From NCBI GenBank assembly GCA_036172245.1, contig JAYWIR010000004.1:4216001-4280000 (forward strand): a stretch of 64,000 nucleotides of DNA, in the 5' to 3' direction. The DNA is from Raillietiella orientalis (taxonomy: Eukaryota). The first letter of the stretch is position 1. The number at the start of each line of letters is the position of its first letter. The notes under the pieces were generated by a model. The model worked only from the letters and a program-made list of their open reading frames with translations, made no database searches and was not told the origin of the DNA. The translations under genes and the position numbers were made by a program. Positions 13,300 through 25,720 of the stretch are shown in pieces.

Positions 13300-13850
13300 T
13301 TTTCGCTAAGAAATCAGTGAAAACTCGGGAGAAACATGATGAGGAAAATCATCCGAGCCATAGATTTTCACGCCTTGATTGCATGTTTGCCACCATCTTC
13401 GAAAAGCACTGGCATAGGTGTACTGCAGGGTCAAGTGGACTCCAGGTGTCAGCAATGCGGAGAAAAGGAGACTTTCCTGCATTTGCTCATCCAGTGCTGC
13501 GGCTTGCAAGAAAGAAGGGTCAAAGTGGCACATAGCCTATCCCTTCCCCTTCTGGCCCGGAAGAACTGTTCAGGCTGTTCTTCCGCAACGACAGTCTGCC
13601 GAAGTAGGCTACGACTCTATTTGTGTGTTACCTACACGCTATAATGAGATCCTGGCACGCAGAAGACAATCAAAAGCGAAAGACCGACATCCTCCAGGTA
13701 TGCAAAGGACCGCTGCGTGTGGCGCGCAGCTGGGCATATCTGAAATGGAAGGTCGGCGAGGAAGATACAGCAGCCGATTGTCAGATGCCAAAATCCTAGT
13801 CACACCGCTCCCAAGACTCCATCTCCTTTCCCTCGCCCCGCCTCCATAGG
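13300..13850 (+). mobile_element. L1/Tx1-like LINE ORF2 3' fragment with CCHC zinc finger
   Basis: IDFHALIACLP...DSRCQQCGEKETFLHLLIQC matches the C-x2-C-x3-ET-x2-H-x4-C motif of non-LTR ORF2 C-termini. Confidence 0.7.
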
Positions 13851-16080
13851 CTTCCCTGAACGCTGTGGCTAACTTTCCCTCCCGCTGGTATAAGAAAAAC
13901 TGTTTGCTTATTTAAATATTTTCAAGTGTGAATAAGCGTGTTGGAGCATTCAGGCATGAAGTGTGGGTCTCCTTTCCTAAGATGTTAAGCGAAATACTAT
14001 TAAGGTATCAGAAAACTCTGCTTTGGTGAGCATGGGAACTCATGGAGCAGGGCAGTTTTGCAGTTTCAGTTTTATGGACAAATGACAGTGCACAAGTGTT
14101 GCAAGAAACGCTCTTTTCTTTCGGTTCGAAACGTATGATTTTCGTTTGATGCAAGCCCTTCTCGAACCAGCATTGGTAATTTCAGTTTGGAGCCATGGCA
14201 GGTTGCTTTGAATTTACGCAGTCAACAGCTTCCATCAGAAATTCATTGCTGAATTCTTGTAGTGATGTTACTTCACGTATAAATGAGAAACTCTGAAAGC
14301 ATCGATTCGAAATCATGCCAAAAAAAAAAAAAGTGGGCAAAGAATGAGTAATAAATATTAGGTCAATTTCTAAATTTATCCCGTTCTTCCAAAGCAAAAC
14401 TCTAAGACCTTGTACATGAAGGAGTTGATGCAACAGCTCTATTCCAGAGACAGCTAAGTGATGGTTTCAGGGCAACAGAAATCATAATCTAAAGGAATGC
14501 AAAATGAAGTGACAGCATATTGGCCTCTTGCGCTAATCATATTCCATAAAGTCAACAAATTGTACTTCATCATAATGGAGTAGGACGGAGCTGAAATTTA
14601 GGAGGTTTAAGGGCCAATATTCAGGAGTGCTGAAAACCATTACTCTGAATTGGTTGATAAAGAAAAGAATCGTTGGGAAGTCCAGCTGAGTTCCACCATG
14701 CTGAAATAGGCTTTTAATTCTCTAGATGGAACTTGCTTTAAACTGATTCAGAAACTTGGAACCAGCAAATTCATGCCACAGTCATATGCCAGCATACTTA
14801 TCCATCAAAAGTTACAGTGAATCGTCCCAATTCTCAAAATAAGGCCAATTGCCAAAGGGGTTTAAACATCTGCTTTAAACAAATTAATATGGAGACAGTC
14901 TTTGAAATATGCAGGAGTATTTTCCGCAGATTCCTTTGCTACCCACAGTGATGTACGAGCGAACCATTCGTGTAGAAGCGACTCATTTGAAGCATGTTCT
15001 TCAAGGTGTGGTACCACTGATCACGTAGAGAACTTCAGTGTCACTGAAGGAAATTTACTGTGTAAGGCATGTTTGTATCTGGCAGCCCTTATTATCCATT
15101 GATGGCCAATAATTCCCAATGCTATGCTTTTCTTATTCTCCACAGCACTGCCAGCTCCTCATTCAGAAAGATACCTTTATATAGTGTTGGAGTACCAACA
15201 AGATCATTGGGATTTCTGCAATGTCGTGAAGAAAGAGGGATTTTTCCTTTTTCATAGTTATGTTGGTTTACTTAACTTCTGCTGACAATGCTTTTTCAGG
15301 CAATTCAAATTTCAGTTGCTTTGTTCTTTCACGTATTCCAGTTCAATTTAAAGGGAAATGATTGCAGAGAACTCAGGACATTGAAGGTATCTTCAAACAG
15401 AACGAAAATCCAAGATGACCTCCATTTTCCAGATTTGCTTCAGAGCACAACGAACCTGTGCAAGATTTTTTTTTTCCTTCGGTGAGTGAGGGAGTATCCC
15501 ACTAGAAGAACGTGATTCTGGGCTTCATGGATGCAGTGTCCTCCGAAATGCATCAACAGTGTAGACAGTAGTGACTACTGTTTACATTGTCGATTTATCT
15601 GACTTGTAATTGGTTAATTCCTCCAATTCAAAATTTATGGGAGAAAATTGTGGAAGATGTTGACCTTTTCTTGGACTTCAAGGTTGTGTTGTTGATCTGC
15701 AGTGATTTACGATTATAATCTCGAGAGATTATAACCGTAAGTTCATTTCTTATTTCGAAGCATCACATCTGAATAGATGTGATGGCAAGTTAACAAAAAC
15801 AGAAAGCCACATCTGAACTCCAGAAAGAATATTATGCAGCCCACACTGTTTTAGGCTACAGATTGGGCTTACCTCTGAAGTTTTAACATTCATCATTGGT
15901 GGAACATCCTATGAAAGACTTTCTGAATTTCTACCCTCTTGGCTGTGTTGCCTGCACAGTTGATGGATGAATATTATATTAAATTACGAGCTTTATCTAC
16001 GATTGAGAGAATTAAATTTTATTTGTCAATATATTTGCTCATTGTCCAATTGGGTACCTTGTTCAGTACATATGTCGTAT

Positions 16081-16086
16081 TTTATT
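16081..16086 (-). promoter_or_regulatory. Candidate polyadenylation signal for exon 16228-17366
   Basis: AATAAA on the minus strand ~142 nt past the stop; a second one at 16018-16023. Confidence 0.45.
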
Positions 16087-16227
16087 TGGGGCCAGAATAG
16101 AAACGATCCACAACACTGTTCGTGACACTAATATGACAGCTTCACACTGACTTATCTTCTTCATTTCTCGGTTGCTTTCTTTCTTAAGGACAGATTTTGC
16201 TGAATACTTAAATGGCTGCATAAAAAC

Positions 16228-17366
16228 TCAAGGATGTAAAACATTGTTTATGTAGTTTCCAGATAAGATGAGCTTGTCATTTATGTTCTCAAAAGTGGAA
16301 ACCAAGAAGTAAATTTGGAATACGACATAAAGCTTTAGGAGTCTCTTCAACCGCATAAGATGACGAGCAATCGGAGTATTAGTCAGTCCTTTCCTTGCAC
16401 TGGTGAGAAAAAGTAGCAAAGATCGGATGCTGTTTAGTACCGAGAGCACTCGTTGTATCTGACTCCATGCACGGGTCGCTGTTTGAAACTTTTCATACAC
16501 TCCACTCAGCACCCGATATACCATCTGAATCTGAGAGAAACTGCTTTGTAACGAGCGAAACTTTTGGAACAAGTTTCTTTGTGTAGAATCAAGCTGGTTG
16601 CTAGGAGCTCTCTCGTTTTTTCTCAACAGCGAGCGGAAGACTGCGTTTGCTTGTGACTTCCCTCTCATGGAATTAAGCACATGCATTCTGAGAGTATTAA
16701 TGAAAGCTGTTAATCTGTTCTTTAGCATTCGAGAAGTTTCTTTTGCATTCATGGGTGCAGGCATAAATAATCTGGCAAATGGTTTGGAAAAGGAAGGAAA
16801 ATTGGCTTCACCTCTTGGGGTGCTTAGCAAGCGTCGAATTTTTTGCTTTAATGATTTCCTCATTAGCAGAGGATTTAGCAGTAATCGCTTTAAAAGACTG
16901 AAAGTCATTTGTAATGGACGCATTCTGTTGCTCGAAGAACTACGCATTGCCAACGAAAATACCCTCTTGAGAATTTGGAAAACCATTCTTAGCGACGAGC
17001 TGTACACTTCTCTACTAACATTAAATCCAGATTGTATAAAAAAGACGAAAAGCTGAGACAAGAAGTTTCTGATTTCTTTGAAAATATAAACTCCATAAAA
17101 CAAAATGTTCAGCGGGTAACTAATAATGAGATACGTCAGGGAGTACAGACCATTCAACAAGAGACCAATGTATCTAGAAACGACATTGGTTATGTCCCTC
17201 CATAAGGGATTCTCTTCTACATTTGAACCTAAACCAAAAAGAATCACCAGTAGTCGAGAGAGACCGCTATTGGGACCGAACAGAAAAGGTGAAAGTACTT
17301 TCAAAGGAGTTTTAATGATTCGTTTGGGATCTACAAATCTCCGTCTTCTTATAGGCAGCTGCGGCT
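16228..17366 (-). CDS. Terminal coding exon A (378 codons after the junction) of an orphan basic amphipathic protein; starts (x)PQLPIRRRR/FVDP
   Basis: Open frame over 1.1 kb with no usable upstream ATG; strong acceptor ttgcattgtgttctttAG ending at 17367, phase 1; length 1139 = 2+3n to TGA; paralogous to exon B. Confidence 0.75.
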
Positions 17367-18234
17367 CTAAAGAACACAATGCAAATACATAGTAATTAGA
17401 AACTACATTTCTTGAATTTTTGAACTGATTTAAGAATAAAATACTTCAACAGTGATATTGCGGCTTGAAAGGCTTTTCAGTGAAAACTACCAAACAAATA
17501 TTCAAAAGCAGCGCCCCAAACAGATGACTCAAGGAGCCATCATTTTCAGAAGCAATGAAAAGCTCCTTGGAAACAGCAATATCTAGCACGTTTTACTTTG
17601 GGTATTCACAAAAAGTAGTGCACAAATCGGGAAGTTCGTGCATTCTCATCAAAATAGACCCACAGAGTTTTGTTTTGAAGAGCAGCTTCAAACGTTCCAA
17701 ATGTCAAGATGAAGGTTTGGTTTCCAGCTTTTTATTAAGATAATGAAAAGCTGTATGTGTTTGTACTTTGGAATTCGTGAGCACTCGGAGCTCTTCGGAA
17801 CGAATGAGACCGCTCACAGTGGCAGTTTTGTCACAGACTCATCATGGCGCCTAAAACATGGTATTGTGGATTTTCAACTTTCTGTGTCTTATCGGTGGCC
17901 ACCGATAATTTGATACAGTATTACAGATTTCAGGAAGGATGATTTTTCGTTTTCGTAATGAGACTGATCTCGCTTCAGTCTAGGATTTTTAAAGAAGGAA
18001 ATGAAAGAATCATCATTAGGCGCTTCAGAATAACTCTTCGAATAGTGGAGGTTTTCAAAACAAACAGTTTCATGCTTAGAAAATGCATTTTTATTTAGGT
18101 GGGAGTTTATTTTCATTGGTTTGGTTGCCACCTGAAATGAAGAGGGCTCTGGAAACATCTCCCAATAGCTCATGGAAAATTCTGATCATCAGACGTAATC
18201 TTCTTAAGGGAAAATCTCTAGGCATCTGGATGAA

Positions 18235-18240
18235 TTTATT
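18235..18240 (-). promoter_or_regulatory. Candidate polyadenylation signal for exon 18554-20334
   Basis: AATAAA on the minus strand ~315 nt past the stop. Confidence 0.4.
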
Positions 18241-18553
18241 TTTTCTGAGATTAAGTGATCACTATCTGTGTGCACAGATGTTGATCCCACATTTATAAAT
18301 GATCACCGGCTTTCTTATTTCAAGATCCGTAAAACTGTTTCCGAACCAGATCGACAGCTCGACTTAAGCTGAATTATGTCTGTCCACTCACTGAGATGAG
18401 GGAGGAGATTTTTCATAGTGCGTATTTGTTCCAGAAGCCACCGAAACTTTGAACTCATTGAATGAACATTTACATCTTCAGTTCTTATCCATCCTGCTTA
18501 TTAGAAAGCCTAAGAAACTCTCAAACAAAAATCTCCGCTTCAGATAGAATCCT

Positions 18554-20334
18554 CTACGTTCGAGTAGCGTTCGTTAATCGTTTCAAGATTCTCATCAGTG
18601 TGCCATAAACACTGTTCAATATAGCCTGGCTCAAATCTTTGGCTTGCGAATGCTTAACAAGTGTTTTCACAATAGAAGCCAGTGTCTGCATTAGGATCTT
18701 TGTGAAGAAAATAATGGGTTCAAATAGAGTCACAAAAGTTCTGTCCAATGAACTTTCTTTCTTTACTATGGAGACTTTACTTGGAGGAATTATTTCCCTC
18801 AGCATCTCTAGGAAGTAACGCGATAAAAGAAGTTTCTCGTTGTCAGGTTGCGTGAAAGGTAGCGATCTAAACAGAGTCTCATTATCTCTGATTGACTCCA
18901 ATGCAGCTATCGGCCGCATCCGTACATCTTTGTGAGTTCCGATTCTGCAATTTGATGAAAGCTCTCTCCTTGAGCCATTCATATCTGATGCTTTCGGATT
19001 GCCAAGATGGTTCAGAAATCTGTTGAAAGAACACGATGGGATTTCATCTTTGAAGGAATCATCTAAGCGGATAGTGGAACTGTTAACAAGTAAGGGTCGT
19101 TTTTCTTCTTCAGCAGTTGCCGATCCGTTGATGTTTTGAGAGTTTTGAAACACTTTATTTGTCGCAGCTGTTCTTTTCCTTCTCATTTGTTCCCTTTGCA
19201 CTAGGGGAAGTTTCCGTACCTCCTTAGTTATGGAGTCTGTTTCGCTCTTCCTTCTCTTGTTACCGAGCGGTTCTTTGGAATAATCCTCTTTGAATAATGT
19301 GCTGGATTTGTTAAGGTACTCCTCAAGCTGTTCCAGAACTCCATTTAGTATGACTGCTCCTGCTGAAGTGACCAACAGGTTATTTACAGCGGATGGCAAG
19401 GCTACTTCCGCCTTGTTTCCCTGCTGCCTGTCCAGAGCACCCATCTTTCGATAAGGTGGTGGCGAGGCCTGCCTGTTCCGCTTCGCCAAGAGGAGGAGGG
19501 GGGTGACACCTGTTGAGCTAATGGGAAACCCGCTTTCGTTCTTCGGTGCGTCTTTGCCCATGGGTCTTAGGGGGACACTGGGAGAAGATGGGTGCTTTTT
19601 AAGGCCAAGATGAGTAGAGGCCAGGAATGCAATCGCCAAAGGGGCAGACATTAACAAAATGGTTCGAAGATTCGCTTTACTTGGAGATGAGCTTCTACCA
19701 CCTGATTTGTGATCTGGGGATCCAAACAGTCTCAATAATGCCGCTTTGTTCCTCAGGGAGTGAGTTCTACTTGAAAATCTGTTCGACTTGGCTCTGTTTC
19801 TCAAACGTCTGAAGATGCTCGACTCTATGAGGTGAGGGATGGAAAATATCCTGTGAACGAGAGAAAAAAGCATTCGCGCTTGTGGGATGTCGACCCTGGA
19901 GTGCAACATTCCGGCGATCCATCTTGACAGTTTGATTTGGAGCCTGACAAAGGATCGAATCTCACGAAAAGCGAAGAGGGTGAGATTTCCCGAATCTCTT
20001 ATGTGATTCAGTAGAAAATTCAGGATGATACTCAGAATGGTGTTGGAGACTTGAACTGCAGTGTTTACGAATGTGAAGAGAGTGTTCACTCCGCTGGCAA
20101 TAAGCTCGGCAGCTCCAAACAAAAACACATACAGGTATCTGCCGATTATTCCTATCAGGGACAAGAGTGGGCTCTGAGGTATGAGTCCAGATCTCAGGTT
20201 GGAAAAATACAGAAGTGCAGTCAGATTTGGGGAGTTAGTGCTTCTTCTTAATATAAAGGCAATCACATCAAGGATCTTGAGCTTACTGAATCTTTTCTTT
20301 CTCTTTTTTCCTTTTCTAGCCTCTTGAACATCGT
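18554..20334 (-). CDS. Terminal coding exon B (592 codons after the junction) of an orphan basic amphipathic protein; starts (x)DVQEARKGKKRKKR/FSKL
   Basis: The frame extends upstream of the tracked GTG to acceptor tgcctgtttgtttttaAG ending at 20335, phase 1, with an in-frame stop overlapping it; length 1781 = 2+3n; shares motifs with exon A. Confidence 0.75.
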
Positions 20335-20788
20335 CTTAAAAACAAACAGGCACGGTTCAGTAAATTCTGGAAACAGACCTTACGGTGCGTTTAAAATCAT
20401 TTGTTCAGATAGCAAGAACCCTTCTGTTATTAAGACAATATCCAGCCTTTGTTAAAGTTCAACGTATATCGTTGTGATAGTCATTATGGCGCTGCAACGT
20501 CTTCAAAACGTACTGAGCATCTGTGTTCCTGAAAGAGGCCTCCTAACATCCGCAAGCAAACCATGTTTTTAAGGTCTAATAAGGGATTAAAGGTTTGGCA
20601 TGACAGTGGAGACAAGGAACCGGACTGGATAAAGGCTTTCTTAACTACAGATGTTGTGACGTAGCCTTCCAACACATTTCTTACATAATATCTGTGCGGC
20701 CCGTACCAATCAAGTCTGTGTTTTCAAGATGGGTGACACCTGATAATTACCCGATAACTCAGACTGCAAGAGTCGCTCCTCAACTCAC

Positions 20789-20899
20789 CCGGAAAAGTTG
20801 CCGCGCGCACGCAGAATCTGTACGCAAAATCCTCAGCACTTTTGGAAACATTTTTTCCATGTAAGGGAGTTTTCGATCCCTTAGTACTGGACGCAATGC
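20789..20899 (-). CDS. Candidate symmetric phase 1-1 internal exon (111 bp, GIASSTKGSKTPLHGKNVSKSAEDFAYRFCVRAATFP)
   Basis: Acceptor gctgttgatctcAG, consensus donor G|GTGAGT, open frame, phase-compatible with exons A and B. Confidence 0.3.
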
Positions 20900-23800
20900 C
20901 TGAGATCAACAGCGAATGATGATTCAAAAATGTTGAGCATGAGCCATTAGGTGCTTGTATTTTTCAGATCATTCGAACCCTGATGACCATGACATAGACT
21001 AGACTGGCACAAAAGATAGATAAAGCGGCAGCCTTCACTCTGATGAGAACCTCTTTTCTATACAGCGCTACCACTTGGTTACTTGGCCAAGACGCGTTGG
21101 AAAGTGACACCCAAGTTGCCTATGGAAGAAGCATCATTTATTTCCCAATCCACGTACCTTTCTTGATCTTTGATGCTTGTGTTTGAGCACTGTGAACACA
21201 AAGTGGACTTGGAATAGAGAATTTTAAAAAAATCAATTGAGTGAATGCAAGACTTTTCGGCGGATGGTTTCCCTGCACTCAAAAAAGAGCAACAGAAGAA
21301 GAATGAGAAGCTGCTTGACTGAGAAGGCATGTTGCAACAGATCTCTCTTCTCCAGCTTAACTTCTTCTAATGGTGCTCTCAAGAAACCGTCGCAATTAGC
21401 TGTTTCTCAACAACGAACCCTGGTATCATGCTCGATTCATCAATTCCCTCTAACAGGTCACATTTATCAATGTCTTCAGTTTCTGTGGGTTTTCGAGGAG
21501 CCAGCCCTCTGTGAAGCAGCGTTGGAGATTTTGAGAGAAAACGTAAGGAAGGCTACATTTAGTGGATTGTATAGACTAAAAGTAAAGGCAATCCTTTCCT
21601 AAAGGCCTTGCATACGGAACAGTTTGAGGGCTTCCGGTGCTCTTCATTTGAATCATCGGTAGCATGTTAGCTATGTCACTTTTATCTTTGATCAGTGAGA
21701 ATTTACGCACTTGTTGTATACACGGTACTAATATATGTGTGATGAGTACTTCCCCCAAACTCCCATACTTGCATGTGCATGCAGACAGTTGTGTACAAAT
21801 GCATTTTAGTTTCTCTCATCCTATACACGAATATTTAGAGATATGCGCAGAAGCATATACCTGTGTGTTTGGGGAAGGCCAACAAGTCGATCACATCATG
21901 CTGTGATAGGTTTGATTTCCAGCATAACAAGAAGTAGCCCTAATGAAATGGGGGCATGCATTTCCAGTCTTACAAAACAATTCTAAAGTCAGTATTAAAA
22001 TTATGGTAAACGAATTGAAATGGTAAACGTCTTTCGTATATATAAAATTATGCAAAAAGACCTTAATTAAAAGTAGATATCAGTATGCATTATAAACATA
22101 AATATATTAAACACGCTTGTGTTATGCATGGCATTCCATACAATGTTTATAATTGTATAATTTGTCCTAGTTCAAGGAATTTCTTGACCATGAGCATTTG
22201 AGCCCCCCAATACTGTCAAAACCTAAAGCGAATGAGGAAGAAAACCTTGTAGTGTATCAGCAGACACTTGCTGGTGAAGAAGACATTCGCATGGATCCAC
22301 GGTGAGTGACAGATCAGTTGCAAAACCAGAGAAATGTGTGGACTAGCTGCTGATCCTATGGAGGATGCTTCCTGAAGTATTCTCAAAAAAAAAAAACAGA
22401 AAAACACAGACACACAGAAAAACATGTGAAAACACGAAAACCAGAAACAAGAGATTCTGTACAGCGACTCAAAAATTCTCACTGCCCTGAATGCACACGA
22501 GAGCGTGCAAGACTCAAAAGTAGCACGTCCATTCCTTTAAAGAAAGACGTGTGCACCTCTGCAGACAGCAAACCGGATGCTGGTTTTAGAAGTGCTCGTT
22601 ATGATATGGCATAGCGAGCGAGTGCATCAGTCACTTTGCTGTTGTAAGCTCAGTTTATCATTTGTATCTTGATCTCGGTGTCCAGCTCTGGAAATAGCAT
22701 TTCCAAAGGACTCCGTTTACGTGCACTTCTAAAACCAGCGCTCGGTTCGTTGTCATTGGGGAGTTAGAATGCCCATCAAGACGCTCCTTGAACCTAGGAC
22801 GAACGTGCACGTGCAAAGGAGGCGACGTGCACGTGCACGTCCAGGATGAGATTTTCAAAGAGTATACGAACAGAGAGCATTGGATGAGCTCACAAGTGAT
22901 GGTGACGGATTATGGTCGTCTATGCGAAAAGAAAAGAAAATTGGGCACTCTCACATGCATCTGCTAAAGAGTCAAAACTTTGAATCTGTAAATCGTGTTG
23001 CATTGATATGAAGTCTGAAATGAAAAGAAGCTTCGCTGAGAGATGTTGGCGTCAGATGCAAGGATGAGCTCACAACAGCATTCAAGATCAAGTGGGTTTG
23101 TTCGAAGCCAGACGACTTTTCTTCTTTCATCTCCAATTTCCCCCAAATGCATCCTTTTCCTATCAACACAGATGAAATCGAAAATTGAATTCTGTGGTCC
23201 TCTGTTCATCCTTTGGATCCCAAGCAAAATGTTCACCACAATATCAGCACAATTATGAACGAATGTCTTCATCATCTTTGCCTGTATGTCTTCTTATCCA
23301 GTAGCATTTCGATGCACACTTTCGATTTCTGCTATCTGTCCCCGCATCTTACATAGTTTCCCTTTTGTTTCCCTCATGCATACTGTTCCTTCCGATACTG
23401 AAGGATGGATGAACGTGCACTGAGGACGTGAGCAATGCTCTCGCAGGAGTCCTGTAAGAAACGTTACATGCCCATGATGTGAAACCACTTAATGGGAACC
23501 TGGAGTTATGTACTTGAGGATACTGCAGTGCTTGCAGACCATGCTGAATTCACTACTTGCAATTTCGGTGAAACTGTCCTTTCCGTAAAATTTCTAACGA
23601 CCTTCTCTTGATTTTGAAAATACGATAAAACTTCTTTTATGTTCTTAGTCATATCCATTTTTTTTGCCGGTCATTGTGAAGTGATCTTGTCATGTCTCAG
23701 TTTGTCAGCTCCTTGAATTCCTGTAACATCAAAAGCTAAGGATTCTTTTTCCCTAGGAATGCAAAAGATGATTTTAAAAAATAGATACATAAACAACACT

Positions 23801-24339
23801 TTGGCTTGTTATCCTTAATCAGAAGGTTCCTTTTCGCCATCAGCTTTCTCCAGTATCACCGTGTTGGTCATGTATTTTATTTCTTGCGGACTGCCAACGA
23901 ACCAACTAGTCAGCTGACCTATTCAACTGGAATTTTTATCACTAAAAAAGGGAATTGAATCTTCACTCGGTGTGTTGCAGTTGTGGGCAGGCGTGTGTCC
24001 TCAGTGTGTTTCCGTATACATCTTTGCAAGCTTTGGTTTCTGTCACCAAAATGCAATCTCCACCATCTTTTCAGAGAATGCCGCGTGAGATAATTGATTA
24101 TTTCAGTATGGGGATGCATGGTATTGCAGGACTCAGAAATCGTCTAGTGTCAGTTCCAATAATTGGATTTTCTGGATTCTAAAGGCAGCGTTCCTTAGAA
24201 AAATTCTGCTTGCGAACCACGTGAACGACTCATTTCTCTTTCCATCAGGCTTGAGATAGGCTACTAAATTTCAACTCATGGCACTTGCTATATCACCAGC
24301 AATGCTCCTTTCAATGAGACATGCTTTCCCAAAGATTAA

Positions 24340-24702
24340 TTCTGAGCATTAGTCGATACCAGACCGCCATCATACGATCTATTCCATATGATTCCCAGAC
24401 ATTTCTGCGGAGTCCAGGCGACACGTATCTAAGTTACAGAATCGTGCTGAAAACATTTCAGTAACGACGGAGACATCTTGCTGCGTTCTTCTGAACCCGG
24501 CTGGCCTTTGCTGAGAGTGCAACCACAAGGTTGAGACCAAAGAATTAGGGATCCAGCGTGAGCAGGGAAGCATCAGCGATCGCGTTATGGTTAGTAAGAG
24601 ATTACTGCGAGGGGGAAACAGCTGAGCTTTTACCGGGGAAAGAAAATTGCCTGAAAAGTCAGCAAATGCGAGGAACCTGCTAAGATGGGAACCGGAAGTC
24701 AC
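24340..24702 (-). mobile_element. Decayed LINE RT fragment
   Basis: NLLLTITRSLM...QRPAGFRR...CRLDSAE pattern resembles ISLLN.DYK / Q.GF..GR / LD.EKAFD. Confidence 0.3.
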
Positions 24703-25199
24703 GTTTCGCTAGCTTGTCGAGAAATCATGTAGATTTAGTAGGTTTTCCTGTGTTCATTTTTAGCTTTTTCGACAGAAGCAAACTCTAAAAACGGCAAGTT
24801 ATGACAGAACTAAATATTTCTTAATAGCGGATTCCTGCAAATAGAATTCCACATTAATGAGGAATTGTACAGGCTGGATGAAGAGCGGAAAAGTCCAAAA
24901 TCCAAAACGCCATCCTAAACACGTCATAACTTCCATGGCTGCAGGTTTAAAGTGCAGCCTCCTTTCACTAGAGGGAAGAGTGTGGTCGTACAGTGGGGAA
25001 TATTGAAAGCTTTCATTGCACCATTCTTTGCTTCTTTCAACTGCTCCGTTGTGACCTTCTGCGAGAAGGATCTGTTCCAGAGGTGTATTTGGAGGCTTAT
25101 TGGAAGGTTTTGAAGGATTCCTCACTTGAAAGGTGTTCAGTAGCTTCCGTTTGTTATTAATGAAATCAGCAGCCAAACTTTTTCGATTACACGAGTAAT

Positions 25200-25720
25200 T
25201 CGGACGTGAAATCATGTGCTGCCTTGAAACTGAACTACAAAAACCGATTCCCGATGGAAGATTCGTTTTCTCATCTCTTCCTCTTCGCGTCAGCAGTGTC
25301 TCGTTTCTTTCAAATGAGTACTTTGACAAACTCGAACACGCGTGGGAGGAAACCACCATCATGAACGCACTGTGCGAGCGTTCCGAGATCGCCTGCTTAT
25401 CAGAAAACACACAAGAAATCATCCATCTTTTCTCTTTCCGAGTACGTCGGCGGTACACCACAGTCTCATTGACACGTAGCATCGCACTGGCTCGTTAGAG
25501 GGGAGCTGAAAGAAACGGACCTACTTCGAAATTTGACAGAGTAAGGGGTAGTGGGAAGGTTTTGCGCACAAAGGAACGCACAGCAAAATATTCTTGTTTC
25601 TCTTGTATCACTAGAAAAAGAAGACGTCCTGAGAAACCACTTGAAGTACTTGGAACGCTGCCAAATATGGTCAGAATATCCTGAATCGCGTACGCTTTTC
25701 CTTCGGACCTGAAACAACAT
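25200..25720 (+). mobile_element. Decayed LINE ORF2 linker between endonuclease and RT
   Basis: SVSFLSNEYFDKLEHAWEE and later RTKERTAKYSCF...RKRR resemble the N.SLL...W and GEK.TKYFF segments of L1/Tx1 ORF2. Confidence 0.4.

Noticed and set aside
17445..17570. Hydrophobic stretch LSHLFGALLLNICLVVF as signal exon for A
   Set aside because: No in-frame ATG, TGA directly before the donor, and flanks look like RT relic
20335..20383. 49-nt intron joining exon B to the adjacent upstream sequence
   Set aside because: The nearby ATG frame reaches the donor in phase 2, not the required phase 1
24799..25505. 227-aa minus ORF with a phase-1 acceptor and RRRTRKEKR/W, as a third payload exon
   Set aside because: In-frame TAA three codons after the acceptor, not amphipathic, and its upper half is antisense to a LINE ORF2 linker remnant
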